Shown piece by piece: positions 9,053 to 18,016 of a stretch of 64,000 bases of DNA. The notes below the pieces were generated by a model. The model was not told where the DNA came from. It saw only the letters and a list, made by a program, of their open reading frames with translations, and did not search any database. Every line of letters begins with the position of its first letter. Positions within the stretch are counted from its first letter, which is position 1. Origin of the DNA: Candidatus Berkelbacteria bacterium (GTDB taxonomy: Bacteria; Patescibacteriota; UBA1384; XYA2-FULL-43-10; 1-14-0-10-43-13); assembly GCA_026397135.1 (NCBI GenBank), contig JAPLVL010000001.1:12753-76752 (forward strand). The letters run 5' to 3'. The position numbers were made by a program, and so were the translations under genes.

Positions 9053-9409
9053 ATGGCAAAGAAAGTAGCAAAAAAGGCTCCAGCAAAGGCGCTTGATTTC
9101 AGTCAGGGAGGTAAAATCTCCAAAGTTCTCATTTATTTAATGTTGGCAGTCAATGTTATCACTGTTGCCTATTTTCTGGCTTTCAATCCAGCAGAGACAA
9201 CTGTCAACAACTTCACCAAGTTCCTGTCTCAATTTTCCAGCTACCTCTTCTTGACGATCCTCCTGATCGTGATCGCTGAATATTTCACGAAGCAAATCAA
9301 TGCCAAGCAAATGATGATGAAACTTCTGTCAGTTTTCGGTCTGATCGTTGGCATTATGCTTTCATACGCAATCGCACAAGTCGTCTTGGGTCTTATTGCT
9401 GTTAAATAA
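9053..9409 (+). CDS. Hypothetical membrane protein (3 TM)
   Basis: AGGAGG RBS; Lys-rich N-terminus then three TM helices. Confidence 0.8.
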   Translation: MAKKVAKKAPAKALDFSQGGKISKVLIYLMLAVNVITVAYFLAFNPAETTVNNFTKFLSQFSSYLFLTILLIVIAEYFTKQINAKQMMMKLLSVFGLIVGIMLSYAIAQVVLGLIAVK

Positions 9410-9420
9410 CAAGGTAGTCC

Positions 9421-9726
9421 ATGGTGTTTGAAGCCGGTGCTTCACCTTCAGATTTTGCATTTAGCAAAACCTCGCAGGCAGACAAAACAAAAAACGATCA
9501 AGTGGCAGCAATTTTGCCGATCCCAAATCAAACATTGGACAAAGTCAAAGAATTGGAAATGCAGATTTCACACCTTGAAGAGAATTTGAGAGCGACCAAG
9601 CGAGCTCTCATGGGTGGAAATCCGGATTTGGCCAAAAATATCAAAATATGGGAAGATCAACTGCAATTCAAATACCAAAAACTCCATCACTTCCGCCAGA
9701 AACTGAAAAATGAAAATTTAAACTAA
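9421..9726 (+). CDS. Hypothetical coiled-coil protein
   Basis: ORF directly after 9409; heptad-like helical sequence. Confidence 0.65.
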   Translation: MVFEAGASPSDFAFSKTSQADKTKNDQVAAILPIPNQTLDKVKELEMQISHLEENLRATKRALMGGNPDLAKNIKIWEDQLQFKYQKLHHFRQKLKNENLN

Positions 9727-9757
9727 CATTTAGTTCACCGAATATAGTACTTAAAAA

Positions 9758-9790
9758 AATTCTCCACCGTGTTGACGGTGGAGCGGAATT
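9758..9790. terminator. Hairpin between convergent genes, probable terminator
   Basis: CTCCACCGT-GTTG-ACGGTGGAG stem next to an A-tract. Confidence 0.6.
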
Positions 9791-10257
9791 TAATATTCGT
9801 AATAGTAGCGCTCTTTGGGCAGTTCCAGTTTGTAAAACTTGAGCAAGCTCAAATTGGCCGGATTGTTAAGAATCGAAGTGAAAAAGTTGAAGACTTTGTC
9901 ATCGTGATTCTTGCCCTCGCAAGTAGCAACACAAGACGCCGGGATCTGACGGCTCTCAAATTCAATCAACTTCTCTCTTTTACCGGCCTCGTCCCCATTC
10001 CAGACTACCAACGCGAAGCTAAAACCAGCACGAGAAGAATGGATAGAGACAGGAAGATAATATTCCTGCACATAAGCAAGGATTCGCTCAAATTCCTGTA
10101 TTGTAAGATTGCGCCGTTCTTCCCAATTCGGCGCAGAGTGAGAAGTCCCGCTAATATTTGTCCGATAATGGATATAGCCTCGCTGCACCCAGATTGCCTC
10201 CTCGAGAGTCCTGAAAAACTCCAGAGCTTCAGTGGACAATGTTACCACCGATTCCAT
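9790..10257 (-). CDS. Hypothetical protein
   Basis: GAGGAGG RBS upstream of the ATG; ends at a hairpin. Confidence 0.65.
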   Translation of the reverse strand: MESVVTLSTEALEFFRTLEEAIWVQRGYIHYRTNISGTSHSAPNWEERRNLTIQEFERILAYVQEYYLPVSIHSSRAGFSFALVVWNGDEAGKREKLIEFESRQIPASCVATCEGKNHDDKVFNFFTSILNNPANLSLLKFYKLELPKERYYYEY

Positions 10258-10389
10258 AGCGACATTCCTCCTCTTGTGATCTAGTTTGATTTATACCAAA
10301 AACAAACCCCAAAAGCAAAGTTGGTGTAGGATTACTTATTTTAACTGCTTGACTCGGTTGATTTCGTGTAACTGTTCACTTACACCGTT

Positions 10390-10571
10390 CGTCATCCTGA
10401 GGAATCGAAGGACCCATTCGGCTACGCTCAGCAGGTTCTAGAGCATGTGACCTGGGCTCGCAAAAAATGCGCCACGCTAGATTCCCATACTTACCGGTCA
10501 TCGACTCCAAGGTCGCTCAGACTCGAGGAGCAGGCAGGTTCGCCTTCAAGCATCATCTGCCCAGAATGACG
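10390..10571. repeat. Gene-less, internally scrambled GTCAT...ATGAC palindromic element
   Basis: Starts CGTCATCCTGAGGAATCGAAGGAC and ends CCCAGAATGACG; contains TTCGGCTACGCTCAG and GCAGGCAGG sub-repeats. Confidence 0.65.
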
Positions 10572-10602
10572 GAAAATCACAATTTCACAACTCCTTGGCA
10601 AA

Positions 10603-10830
10603 TTAGTCCCGACAGGCCATTTCATCATGCGTTTTTATAAATTTCAAATTTTCTTTTGCTTCCTTGGCACTAATTTTCGACAAAGCTCGACCATCATGCA
10701 TCAGTATCCAATCCCCTTTCCTGACCTGCGGTGCAAGCGAAATGTCAGCCGAATATTCTCTGTCTTCATAATCAAAGAAGGCAATATTGCCCTTAATTTG
10801 TTTGATTTTACCCGGAATTGCTAGACACAT
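10603..10830 (-). CDS. hypC: Hydrogenase maturation chaperone HypC
   Basis: MCLAIPGKI N-terminus; GDWILMHDG. Confidence 0.9.
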   Translation of the reverse strand: MCLAIPGKIKQIKGNIAFFDYEDREYSADISLAPQVRKGDWILMHDGRALSKISAKEAKENLKFIKTHDEMACRD

Positions 10831-10848
10831 AATTTTCCTATTAGTTAA

Positions 10849-11502
10849 CTATTGATTATTCGAACGACCAGATGAATCCCGTCTTAGACTTTTTTCTTTG
10901 TTTTTGACCAAAATCAATTTAACCTTTTCCAGCCGAAAAATCTTCTGTTTGAACTCATGCATTTCAGTCTTATCCACCAACCAATCATAGACGTATTCGG
11001 ATAGGTGTCTATAGATACCATCGCTTTCAAACGGATCATAAAGCATCCTCGTTATTATAACTCCGATACTTACACTATCATCTTTTTTGGCTCGTCCGCG
11101 AAAATATTCGCCCAAACTTTCACATGAGGCAATCACCTCGGCTGGCGTATCCCGTCTGGATCTAGAAGGATTATTAAACAATTCCTTGTAGCATTCGAAT
11201 AGGACACCCTCTCTCTTTTGAGCAATCCGAAACAGCATATCAGTAACAGCAGTGTCATCCCCTGGGAGAACTTTCTTGCCACGCAAAGTTTCATCCAGTA
11301 CGATCAAATAATTCCGACGAAGATAAATATCCAGATGCTCTGGAAATTCCAAAAAATCGTGAATCACAGGCTCGACCTGACGATGAAGCTGACCAAGCTC
11401 TTGACTGGACAAACCATCTAGATTTATTTCATCCAATTTCTTGATTATCGGAAAACAGGAAATTATTTTTGTTAATTTTTGGCAATCGAGAAATTCCATC
11501 AA
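10849..11502 (-). CDS. Hypothetical protein
   Basis: 217-aa ORF with ATGA coupling to the upstream gene. Confidence 0.7.
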   Translation of the reverse strand: MMEFLDCQKLTKIISCFPIIKKLDEINLDGLSSQELGQLHRQVEPVIHDFLEFPEHLDIYLRRNYLIVLDETLRGKKVLPGDDTAVTDMLFRIAQKREGVLFECYKELFNNPSRSRRDTPAEVIASCESLGEYFRGRAKKDDSVSIGVIITRMLYDPFESDGIYRHLSEYVYDWLVDKTEMHEFKQKIFRLEKVKLILVKNKEKSLRRDSSGRSNNQ

Positions 11503-12566
11503 AATTTATCCTTCTTGATTTCACGAATTGCTCCATCGCTCGTACCAATCAAGATCCTATCACCATCAACGAGAAGCGAAGTAATGATGATTATTTCATT
11601 CCCTTTTTTGGAATCGATCATATGGGAGAAAATATATTTATCCTGCATCGGATCATAAACTTTTAGCTCATTGAGCCAAGCAATACAAACCTGGCCGCGG
11701 TCAGTAAAGACAGGCTTGATATCCGGATTCAGAGAATAAGGCAATAGAAGTGGTCGATTGTCTCCTCTGATCACGCGAAGACCTCCGTCTATTTCAACAG
11801 CAATCGTATCCTCAAAAACACTGATTTCATGGATTGATCTTGTTGGATCCGGAGAGTTCTTGCCATTATCTGAGACATTAATATTACGAAGTAATTCCTG
11901 CGTTTCAATATTATAGACATAAATATTACCTAGATTTGTGCCAACATAGAGCTTGCCATCTCTGACTGCCAAAGCGGTGAAAATTTCCTGGCTATATTTC
12001 AGCTCCGGCTCGAGGAAAACCTCCTGACTGCCATCAAAATTCACCTTTTGGACAAAGCCATAACCGCCAACAAAGAGGTAGTCGCCCTCACCTTTGGTCG
12101 CACAGGTAGGAGAATCAACAATCCCCATCCCCCCTACACCGTTTACCAGATGAGGAAAACCATTCTGATATTTGTTTACATACCCAGATCGAAAATCGAT
12201 CGTAAACACCCACTCACTTGAAGCCATTACCTCGCCCTTGAATCGACTCCCCATCAAATAATAATCAGTTTGGGTATAATTTTTGTCGAAGAAATTGAGT
12301 TTATTATGATTATCACTGAAAACAACTTGGTCGCCAAGAAGAAGCAGATTCTCCACTCGCAAATCCCCAACACTAAGTACCCTGCTTTCGTGCCAACTCG
12401 ACCAGTATTCCTGCCAATAATCCGACATTATCCGCCGTGTTTCCAGAACAATCTGGTCCTTGATTCCAATTGCTTCGCTGGCACTAAACTTCTCGATCGC
12501 CCGATCGAGATCGTATTGAAATTTCTTCAAGTCATTTAAATTGTCTGTAATTTCACCGCAAGTCAT
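11499..12566 (-). CDS. WD40/beta-propeller-like protein with N-terminal MTCGEIT helix
   Basis: Blade-like motifs TALAVRDGKLYVGTNLGNIYVYN and TSLLVDGDRILIGTSDGAIR. Start at ATG 12566. Confidence 0.7.
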   Translation of the reverse strand: MTCGEITDNLNDLKKFQYDLDRAIEKFSASEAIGIKDQIVLETRRIMSDYWQEYWSSWHESRVLSVGDLRVENLLLLGDQVVFSDNHNKLNFFDKNYTQTDYYLMGSRFKGEVMASSEWVFTIDFRSGYVNKYQNGFPHLVNGVGGMGIVDSPTCATKGEGDYLFVGGYGFVQKVNFDGSQEVFLEPELKYSQEIFTALAVRDGKLYVGTNLGNIYVYNIETQELLRNINVSDNGKNSPDPTRSIHEISVFEDTIAVEIDGGLRVIRGDNRPLLLPYSLNPDIKPVFTDRGQVCIAWLNELKVYDPMQDKYIFSHMIDSKKGNEIIIITSLLVDGDRILIGTSDGAIREIKKDKF

Positions 12567-13909
12567 AATAATATAAATTCCGCTTTTTTCTTCTTGAAAT
12601 ATTTTCCCTCTACCCATTTTCTCAAATAAAGAACCACCCCACCGGGCCTTTCGTCTTTTGGTGCAACTCTGGATTTTGCTTCTTCGAGGTCAACTGATGG
12701 GTCATCGACAATAATGATGCCGTTTGTCATCCCCTTGCCAATTGTTCTACAGATTCCAGCGTCTTTTACAAAAACGACGCCGCCTTCAACCCACGAAAAG
12801 ACAATATTGTCACCAAATTTTTCAGGGATAGTAAAATTAATAACACCATGGTCAATTCTCAAGCTGTTAATATACGGGCTACTTTCGAAATATGTCACTT
12901 CGCGAACTGTCTCATAAGGATTCACAAAACCAACTTTATCTTTTTCTTCATCATAATATGCGATCGTGGTAGATTCACCGGGGGAAGTTGCTCCTGGTTG
13001 ACGATTACGAATTCTATTTCGCTTTGATTTCAGAAATATTGTTGGCGATAATGTTGGTCTGACTGAGATTTGTTCAAATCCAATATTTTCAATCAAAAAT
13101 GTACCGCCAGCCGTACCAAAACAAATTTCTGTGGTTAATTGGTCCTGCTTCGCCAAAAAATCCTTGACGTAAACCGTACCGCCGGAAGCTTTGGGAGCAA
13201 TCTCACCCCAACGCAATGTATTTATGATAATTGTGCCATTTTGCATTACTTCCCCGATAACACCAACTGCTTCGCCAACCTCCAGTCGTCCACCAAGCAT
13301 CTCTGGGGCAAGTTTTGGCACATTATCAGGCTGATTTTGTTCGAACTTTTCCAGTTTTACATCTCCAGCAAGCATTCTCAAAAAAGCAAACTGTTCTAGA
13401 CGATCAATCATAATATTGCCACCGTTTAAAGACGAACCAAAATTATGACAACGAGGGTCGTTTGAATAATTTGACAGATCATCAAATTTAATCCTGATCG
13501 GCTTCTTGCTTTGCTTGTAAATTGAGAAGAAAAGCCTAATTGCCTCAATTTGAAATGCGTCTGAAATTTCTCCGCTGCTAAACTGACCTTTAAGATATTC
13601 CATCAACCGATCAAAGTCAGACTGCCTAATCGACTTGTCTCTGTGTAATACTGGAACAGAATGCGGATCTACAATAATATCATTAACAGATGCTTTAACA
13701 AACGAACGCTTTGTTTGAGGCATACCGATTGCTGTCAAAAAATCCAGATCCAGCCGCGGGTATTCAGTCAGAAACTCATCGATTAACAATTTAATTTTAT
13801 CAGCAAAACCACGGGTATCTCCTTGCTTTTCACGACTCAAAGACAGAGAGAATTTCCGTTCAAGAGCTACCAAACTATTCATCATTTTTGTAATTTCACC
13901 GCAAATCAT
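12563..13909 (-). CDS. Protein with FwdC/GltB-C-like beta-helix repeats and N-terminal MICGEIT helix
   Basis: Repeats IGEVMQNGTIII, IAPKASGGTVYV, IGKGMTNGIIIV. Confidence 0.65.
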   Translation of the reverse strand: MICGEITKMMNSLVALERKFSLSLSREKQGDTRGFADKIKLLIDEFLTEYPRLDLDFLTAIGMPQTKRSFVKASVNDIIVDPHSVPVLHRDKSIRQSDFDRLMEYLKGQFSSGEISDAFQIEAIRLFFSIYKQSKKPIRIKFDDLSNYSNDPRCHNFGSSLNGGNIMIDRLEQFAFLRMLAGDVKLEKFEQNQPDNVPKLAPEMLGGRLEVGEAVGVIGEVMQNGTIIINTLRWGEIAPKASGGTVYVKDFLAKQDQLTTEICFGTAGGTFLIENIGFEQISVRPTLSPTIFLKSKRNRIRNRQPGATSPGESTTIAYYDEEKDKVGFVNPYETVREVTYFESSPYINSLRIDHGVINFTIPEKFGDNIVFSWVEGGVVFVKDAGICRTIGKGMTNGIIIVDDPSVDLEEAKSRVAPKDERPGGVVLYLRKWVEGKYFKKKKAEFILL

Positions 13910-13920
13910 CACTTCATCAC

Positions 13921-13962
13921 CCACTTAATTCTTACTGCTTACTTCTTAATCCTTGCTACTTA
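13921..13962. repeat. Heptamer array after the mgtA stop
   Basis: CCACTTA ATTCTTA CTGCTTA CTTCTTA ATCCTTG CTACTTA. Confidence 0.8.
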
Positions 13963-16515
13963 TTCGTACCCAAATTTCTTGATGAACCAAACCTTGACTA
14001 TTTGAACCAAAAATATATATACAGCGGCCAACCCCAGAATAATCAGGAAAAAGAGTGCTGGTAGCGGCGTGAAGCCAAACCACCTAGCCAAAACAGTGTA
14101 GGGGATAATCGCCCCGACAAAAATAACTGCGATTAATGTATAGAGCAAATATTTGCTCGCTCTGCTCTGGATAAGAGGGATTTTCTTGGTTCGGATAATC
14201 AGGACGACCAGAGTTTGGGTCAAGAGTGACTCAACAAACCAACCAGTGCGAAAGAGTGGAGGCGTGGCGCGAAAGACATACCACATAATACCGAAGGTAG
14301 CAAAATCAAAGAGCGAACTAACTGGGCCGATCGTCCACATAAATTCCTTGATGAAGTTAACATCCCACGGTCGCGGCTTCTGTAAGTCTTCTGCGTCAAC
14401 ATTATCAAGCGGCAGGGCTACCTGGGACAAATCATAGAGAAAATTGTTGAGCAGTACCTGCGGCGGCAACATCGGCAGAAATGGTAGGAGAATACTGGCA
14501 CCAGTCATACTGATCATATTTCCTAAGTTAGAGCTCGCTCCCATTTTGATGTACTTAATCACATTGACAAAGGTCTTCCTGCCCTCGATAACGCAATCAC
14601 ATAGAACTCTGAGATCCTTTTCCAATAGGATAATCGCGGCCGTTTCCTTGGCAATATCCATACCAGTGTTGACCGAAATCCCAACATCAGCCGACTTCAA
14701 GGCTGGTGCATCATTGACTCCATCACCAAGGTAACCGACAACATGACCATTCGACTGGAGCGCTTTGATAATTTTTTCCTTTTGCAAAGGCGTCAGCCTG
14801 ACAAAAACGTTTGCCTTTGCCACCAGCTCTCGCAGGACATGTTCGCTCGCGCTGCTAATCTCATTGCCATTTACGATACCGCTGATCGAAAAATTAACTT
14901 CGTTACAAATTTTCCTGGTCACCATTTCGTTGTCGCCTGAAAGAATCTTGAGAGATACTCCCAAGCCTGCCAAGCTCGTAATAGTATCGCTAACATCAGG
15001 TTTGGGCGGATCGAGGAAGGTTACAAATCCCTGGAAAACCAAATCAGATTCGTCTTCAAATTGAAGCTTGGTTTTGCTACGAATCTTCTTGGTCGCTATT
15101 GCCAAAACACGAAAACCTTCGCGGCTGAGCGATTCATATAGAGATATAATCTTTTCCTTTGATTTCTTGGAAAGAGGTAGAGCGACCTCTTTCAGCGAGA
15201 AATGGCTTGATTTGGCAATTATTTCCTCCGGCGCTCCCTTTGCGACCAAGAGATCCTTGCCAGCACGACGCAACACGACCGACATCATTCGCCTTTCAAA
15301 ATCGTAGGGCAGTTCATCAATTTTCTCGTAATGAGACGTTTCAATTTTTTGATGCTTTAGAATCGCTTGATCCAAAACATTTTTCAAACCGGTTTCAAAA
15401 TGACTATTCAAATATGCATAACGAAAAATCGAGATGTCTTCCCTACCCTTAGCGTCGCAATATTTAATCAGAGCGATACTGTCGAGTGTCAGCGTGCCCG
15501 TCTTGTCGGTACAGAGGATATCCATCGCACCGAAATTTTGGATCGAATCCAGCTTTTTGACAATTATTTTTTTCTTCTCCATCTGCATCGCGCCGCGGGA
15601 GAGATTGACCGTCACAATCATCGGCAACATCTCAGGTGCCAAGCCAACTGCTACCGCCAAGGAAAATAATAACGCATCGACAATGTTACCCTTGAAAATC
15701 GCGTTAAAGAAGAAGATAAATGCTGCCAAGATGATAATCAAACGAATCATCAGCCAGGTGTAGGATTTAATACCTTTTTCGAAGGCCGTCTCAACTCCGA
15801 CTTTGGAAATATCTTCACTCAACATTCCAAACTGAGTTCCCTTGCCGATTGCTAAGACAACTCCGATTCCGGTGCCTCCGACAACACTTGAGCCCATGAA
15901 AATAATATTATCGGAGTCTAAAATATCGTCACTTTTAATTTCGCTTGCCCATGAATCTTTGATCACCGGGAAAGATTCGCCGTTTAGGGACGACTGATTA
16001 AGATACAGACGATTGGCTGAAATCAGCCTAATATCAGCTGGAACCATATCCCCAACCCCAAGCGCGACCAGGTCACCTGGCACCAATTCCTCCAGATTTG
16101 TCGTCCTTTCGTGGCCATCACGAATTACCTTGACTTTGATTTTGACTCTCTCGGCTAGTTTCTGAGCATTTCGGTTGGCTCGATATTCCTGAACAAAAGA
16201 AAGGATCACACTCAAAACAGCCAGAGCAATCACAATAATTGAGTTTATTTGTTCACCGAAATAGAAAGAAACCCCAGCCACCACAAAGAGAGTGATAACT
16301 AGAGGGTTAGCAAACTTAGACAAGAGCTGAACAACTGGCCCATATTTCTGAGCCGCAATTTTGTTGGCACCATAAAAACGCTGGCGGCGGCGGACTTCCC
16401 GCTCCGACAAACCTTTTCTGCCTGTTTTGTATTGCTGCAAAGCTTTCTCCGGAGCAAGACGACTAATTTCAAAAACAAGGCTTTGGGTTACGACCTGATT
16501 TTTCATTCCCTCCAT
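13960..16515 (-). CDS. mgtA: Magnesium-translocating P-type ATPase
   Basis: LAPEMLP, DKTGTLT, KGAPEE, GDGVND, NNFLYDLSQ, FRTGWFVES motifs. Confidence 0.95.
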   Translation of the reverse strand: MEGMKNQVVTQSLVFEISRLAPEKALQQYKTGRKGLSEREVRRRQRFYGANKIAAQKYGPVVQLLSKFANPLVITLFVVAGVSFYFGEQINSIIVIALAVLSVILSFVQEYRANRNAQKLAERVKIKVKVIRDGHERTTNLEELVPGDLVALGVGDMVPADIRLISANRLYLNQSSLNGESFPVIKDSWASEIKSDDILDSDNIIFMGSSVVGGTGIGVVLAIGKGTQFGMLSEDISKVGVETAFEKGIKSYTWLMIRLIIILAAFIFFFNAIFKGNIVDALLFSLAVAVGLAPEMLPMIVTVNLSRGAMQMEKKKIIVKKLDSIQNFGAMDILCTDKTGTLTLDSIALIKYCDAKGREDISIFRYAYLNSHFETGLKNVLDQAILKHQKIETSHYEKIDELPYDFERRMMSVVLRRAGKDLLVAKGAPEEIIAKSSHFSLKEVALPLSKKSKEKIISLYESLSREGFRVLAIATKKIRSKTKLQFEDESDLVFQGFVTFLDPPKPDVSDTITSLAGLGVSLKILSGDNEMVTRKICNEVNFSISGIVNGNEISSASEHVLRELVAKANVFVRLTPLQKEKIIKALQSNGHVVGYLGDGVNDAPALKSADVGISVNTGMDIAKETAAIILLEKDLRVLCDCVIEGRKTFVNVIKYIKMGASSNLGNMISMTGASILLPFLPMLPPQVLLNNFLYDLSQVALPLDNVDAEDLQKPRPWDVNFIKEFMWTIGPVSSLFDFATFGIMWYVFRATPPLFRTGWFVESLLTQTLVVLIIRTKKIPLIQSRASKYLLYTLIAVIFVGAIIPYTVLARWFGFTPLPALFFLIILGLAAVYIFLVQIVKVWFIKKFGYE

Positions 16516-16528
16516 ATTTTTCTCAAAA

Positions 16529-17521
16529 TTATTTTCCGATGTGCATTGTCAAATCGACAAGTCTCTCTGAATAGCCCCACTCGTTGTCATACCAGGAGAT
16601 TACTTTAACTAAATTGCCTCCGACAACCTGAGTCAGGGATAGGTCGACCATGGCAGAATTTTTCATCGCTGTGAAATCACTTGAGACAAGCTCCTCTTCT
16701 GTGGTTGCCAAAATCCCTTTCAATTCACCCTTCTCTGCACTCTTGAAAGCCTTGTTTATTTCCTCAACAGTCACTTCCTTTTTCAAGACAGCCGTAATGT
16801 CGGAGAGTGAGACTACAGGTGTTGGGACGCGAACAGCCAAGCCGTCAAACATACCTTTCAGGGTTGGAATTGTTTTGTATGCCGCTTTGGCCGCGCCAGT
16901 CGAAGTCGGGACAATATTACAAGCAGCTGCTCTGGCACGACGAAGATCTTTGTGGGGGCCGTCAACCAAATTTTGGTCAGCGGTGTAGGAATGGATGGTC
17001 GTCATCAGAGATTTTTCGATTCCAAATGTGTCTTCCATGACTTTCATCACAGGTGTAATGCAATTAGTAGTACAGGAGGCATTGCTTACGATCTTCTCAT
17101 CTGCATACTTTTCAGAGTTGACTCCCATCACAAAAGTTGGAGTTTCCTCATCTTTGGCTGGGGCTGACATCACTACTTTCTTCGCCCCTGCCTTCAAATG
17201 AGCTTCTGTGTCGGGAATGGTCAGAAATTTTCCTGTACATTCAATAACTACATCAATTCCAAGTTCTCTCCAAGGCAAAGCCGATGGATCTTTCTCCGCA
17301 TAAGAGTGAATACGGCGCTTTTCTATTATCAAATCCCCTTCGTCATGGCCGACTTCATGATCCCAAATGCCATAGCACGTATCGTATTTAAGCAAATGAG
17401 CCAAAGTCGCTACATCCGTCAAATCATTGATCGCAACTAACTCGATCCCTTCACGCTCTGTAATAATTTTGGCCGCCGCTCGGCCAATTCGGCCAAAGCC
17501 GTTGATAGCAATCTTCAACAT
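16529..17521 (-). CDS. gap: Glyceraldehyde-3-phosphate dehydrogenase (type I)
   Basis: INGFGRIGR, SNASCTTNC, WYDNEWGYS. Confidence 0.98.
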   Translation of the reverse strand: MLKIAINGFGRIGRAAAKIITEREGIELVAINDLTDVATLAHLLKYDTCYGIWDHEVGHDEGDLIIEKRRIHSYAEKDPSALPWRELGIDVVIECTGKFLTIPDTEAHLKAGAKKVVMSAPAKDEETPTFVMGVNSEKYADEKIVSNASCTTNCITPVMKVMEDTFGIEKSLMTTIHSYTADQNLVDGPHKDLRRARAAACNIVPTSTGAAKAAYKTIPTLKGMFDGLAVRVPTPVVSLSDITAVLKKEVTVEEINKAFKSAEKGELKGILATTEEELVSSDFTAMKNSAMVDLSLTQVVGGNLVKVISWYDNEWGYSERLVDLTMHIGK

Positions 17522-17530
17522 TGTAACTCC

Positions 17531-17591
17531 AATCTTAAATATTAAATATTAAACATTAAAACTTAAATCCATATCTTATTATCTTTTATCT
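17531..17591. repeat. Heptamer array downstream of the four-helix-bundle gene
   Basis: AATCTTA AATATTA AATATTA AACATTA AAACTTA AATCCAT ATCTTAT...; inverted relative to 17967-18016. Confidence 0.8.
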
Positions 17592-17592
17592 A

Positions 17593-17985
17593 TTATGTTT
17601 TTCCTTTTAGGGTTAATAGACTTTTGGCAATCATTTTACTTATTTGCTCAAGCTCATCCAGTAAATTTTCAACACAAGAAATCTCCAAACCAGACCCTTC
17701 AATTTCATGCAAAATCCAGAGCCAATATTCTGATTCATTAGCACTTTTCAGAGCTATTTCGTAAAACTTAATAAAATCGCGCCTCGACGAAGACGATTTG
17801 GCTTCAATAATATTTGCTCCGATTGAAGTAATGGCACGAACCAACTGATCCGTTATAATCCAGAATATTTTTGACTGTGGCAATTTTTGGCATAATTGAA
17901 TAATCTGTAATGACAAATTGAATGCTCTGAGCTTGACGTTGGATTTCACGTTAAGTTTTTCGTTGTTAAGATATGGGTTTAACAT
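17593..17985 (-). CDS. Four-helix-bundle protein (23S rRNA IVP/Avd-like family)
   Basis: KLRAFNLSLQIIQL...DQLVRAITSIGANIIEA...SSRRDFIKFYEIALKSANESEYWL. Start at ATG 17985; the ORF-track extension overlaps tpiA. Confidence 0.92.
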   Translation of the reverse strand: MLNPYLNNEKLNVKSNVKLRAFNLSLQIIQLCQKLPQSKIFWIITDQLVRAITSIGANIIEAKSSSSRRDFIKFYEIALKSANESEYWLWILHEIEGSGLEISCVENLLDELEQISKMIAKSLLTLKGKT

Positions 17986-18016
17986 TTGAGATTTAAGATT
18001 TAAAATTCTTAGAATT
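17967..18016. repeat. Heptamer array upstream of and overlapping the four-helix-bundle start
   Basis: TAAGATATGGGTTTAACATTTGAGATTTAAGATTTAAAATT; 16-bp inverted match with 1 mismatch to 17563-17578. Confidence 0.75.

Noticed and set aside
9769-10284. Plus-strand 171-aa ORF and the many other antisense ORFs in the track
   Set aside because: They are shadows of better-supported genes on the opposite strand, without RBS or motifs.
17593-17985. Diversity-generating retroelement (Avd-like gene)
   Set aside because: No reverse transcriptase and no template/variable repeat pair with adenine-specific mismatches was seen in the window.
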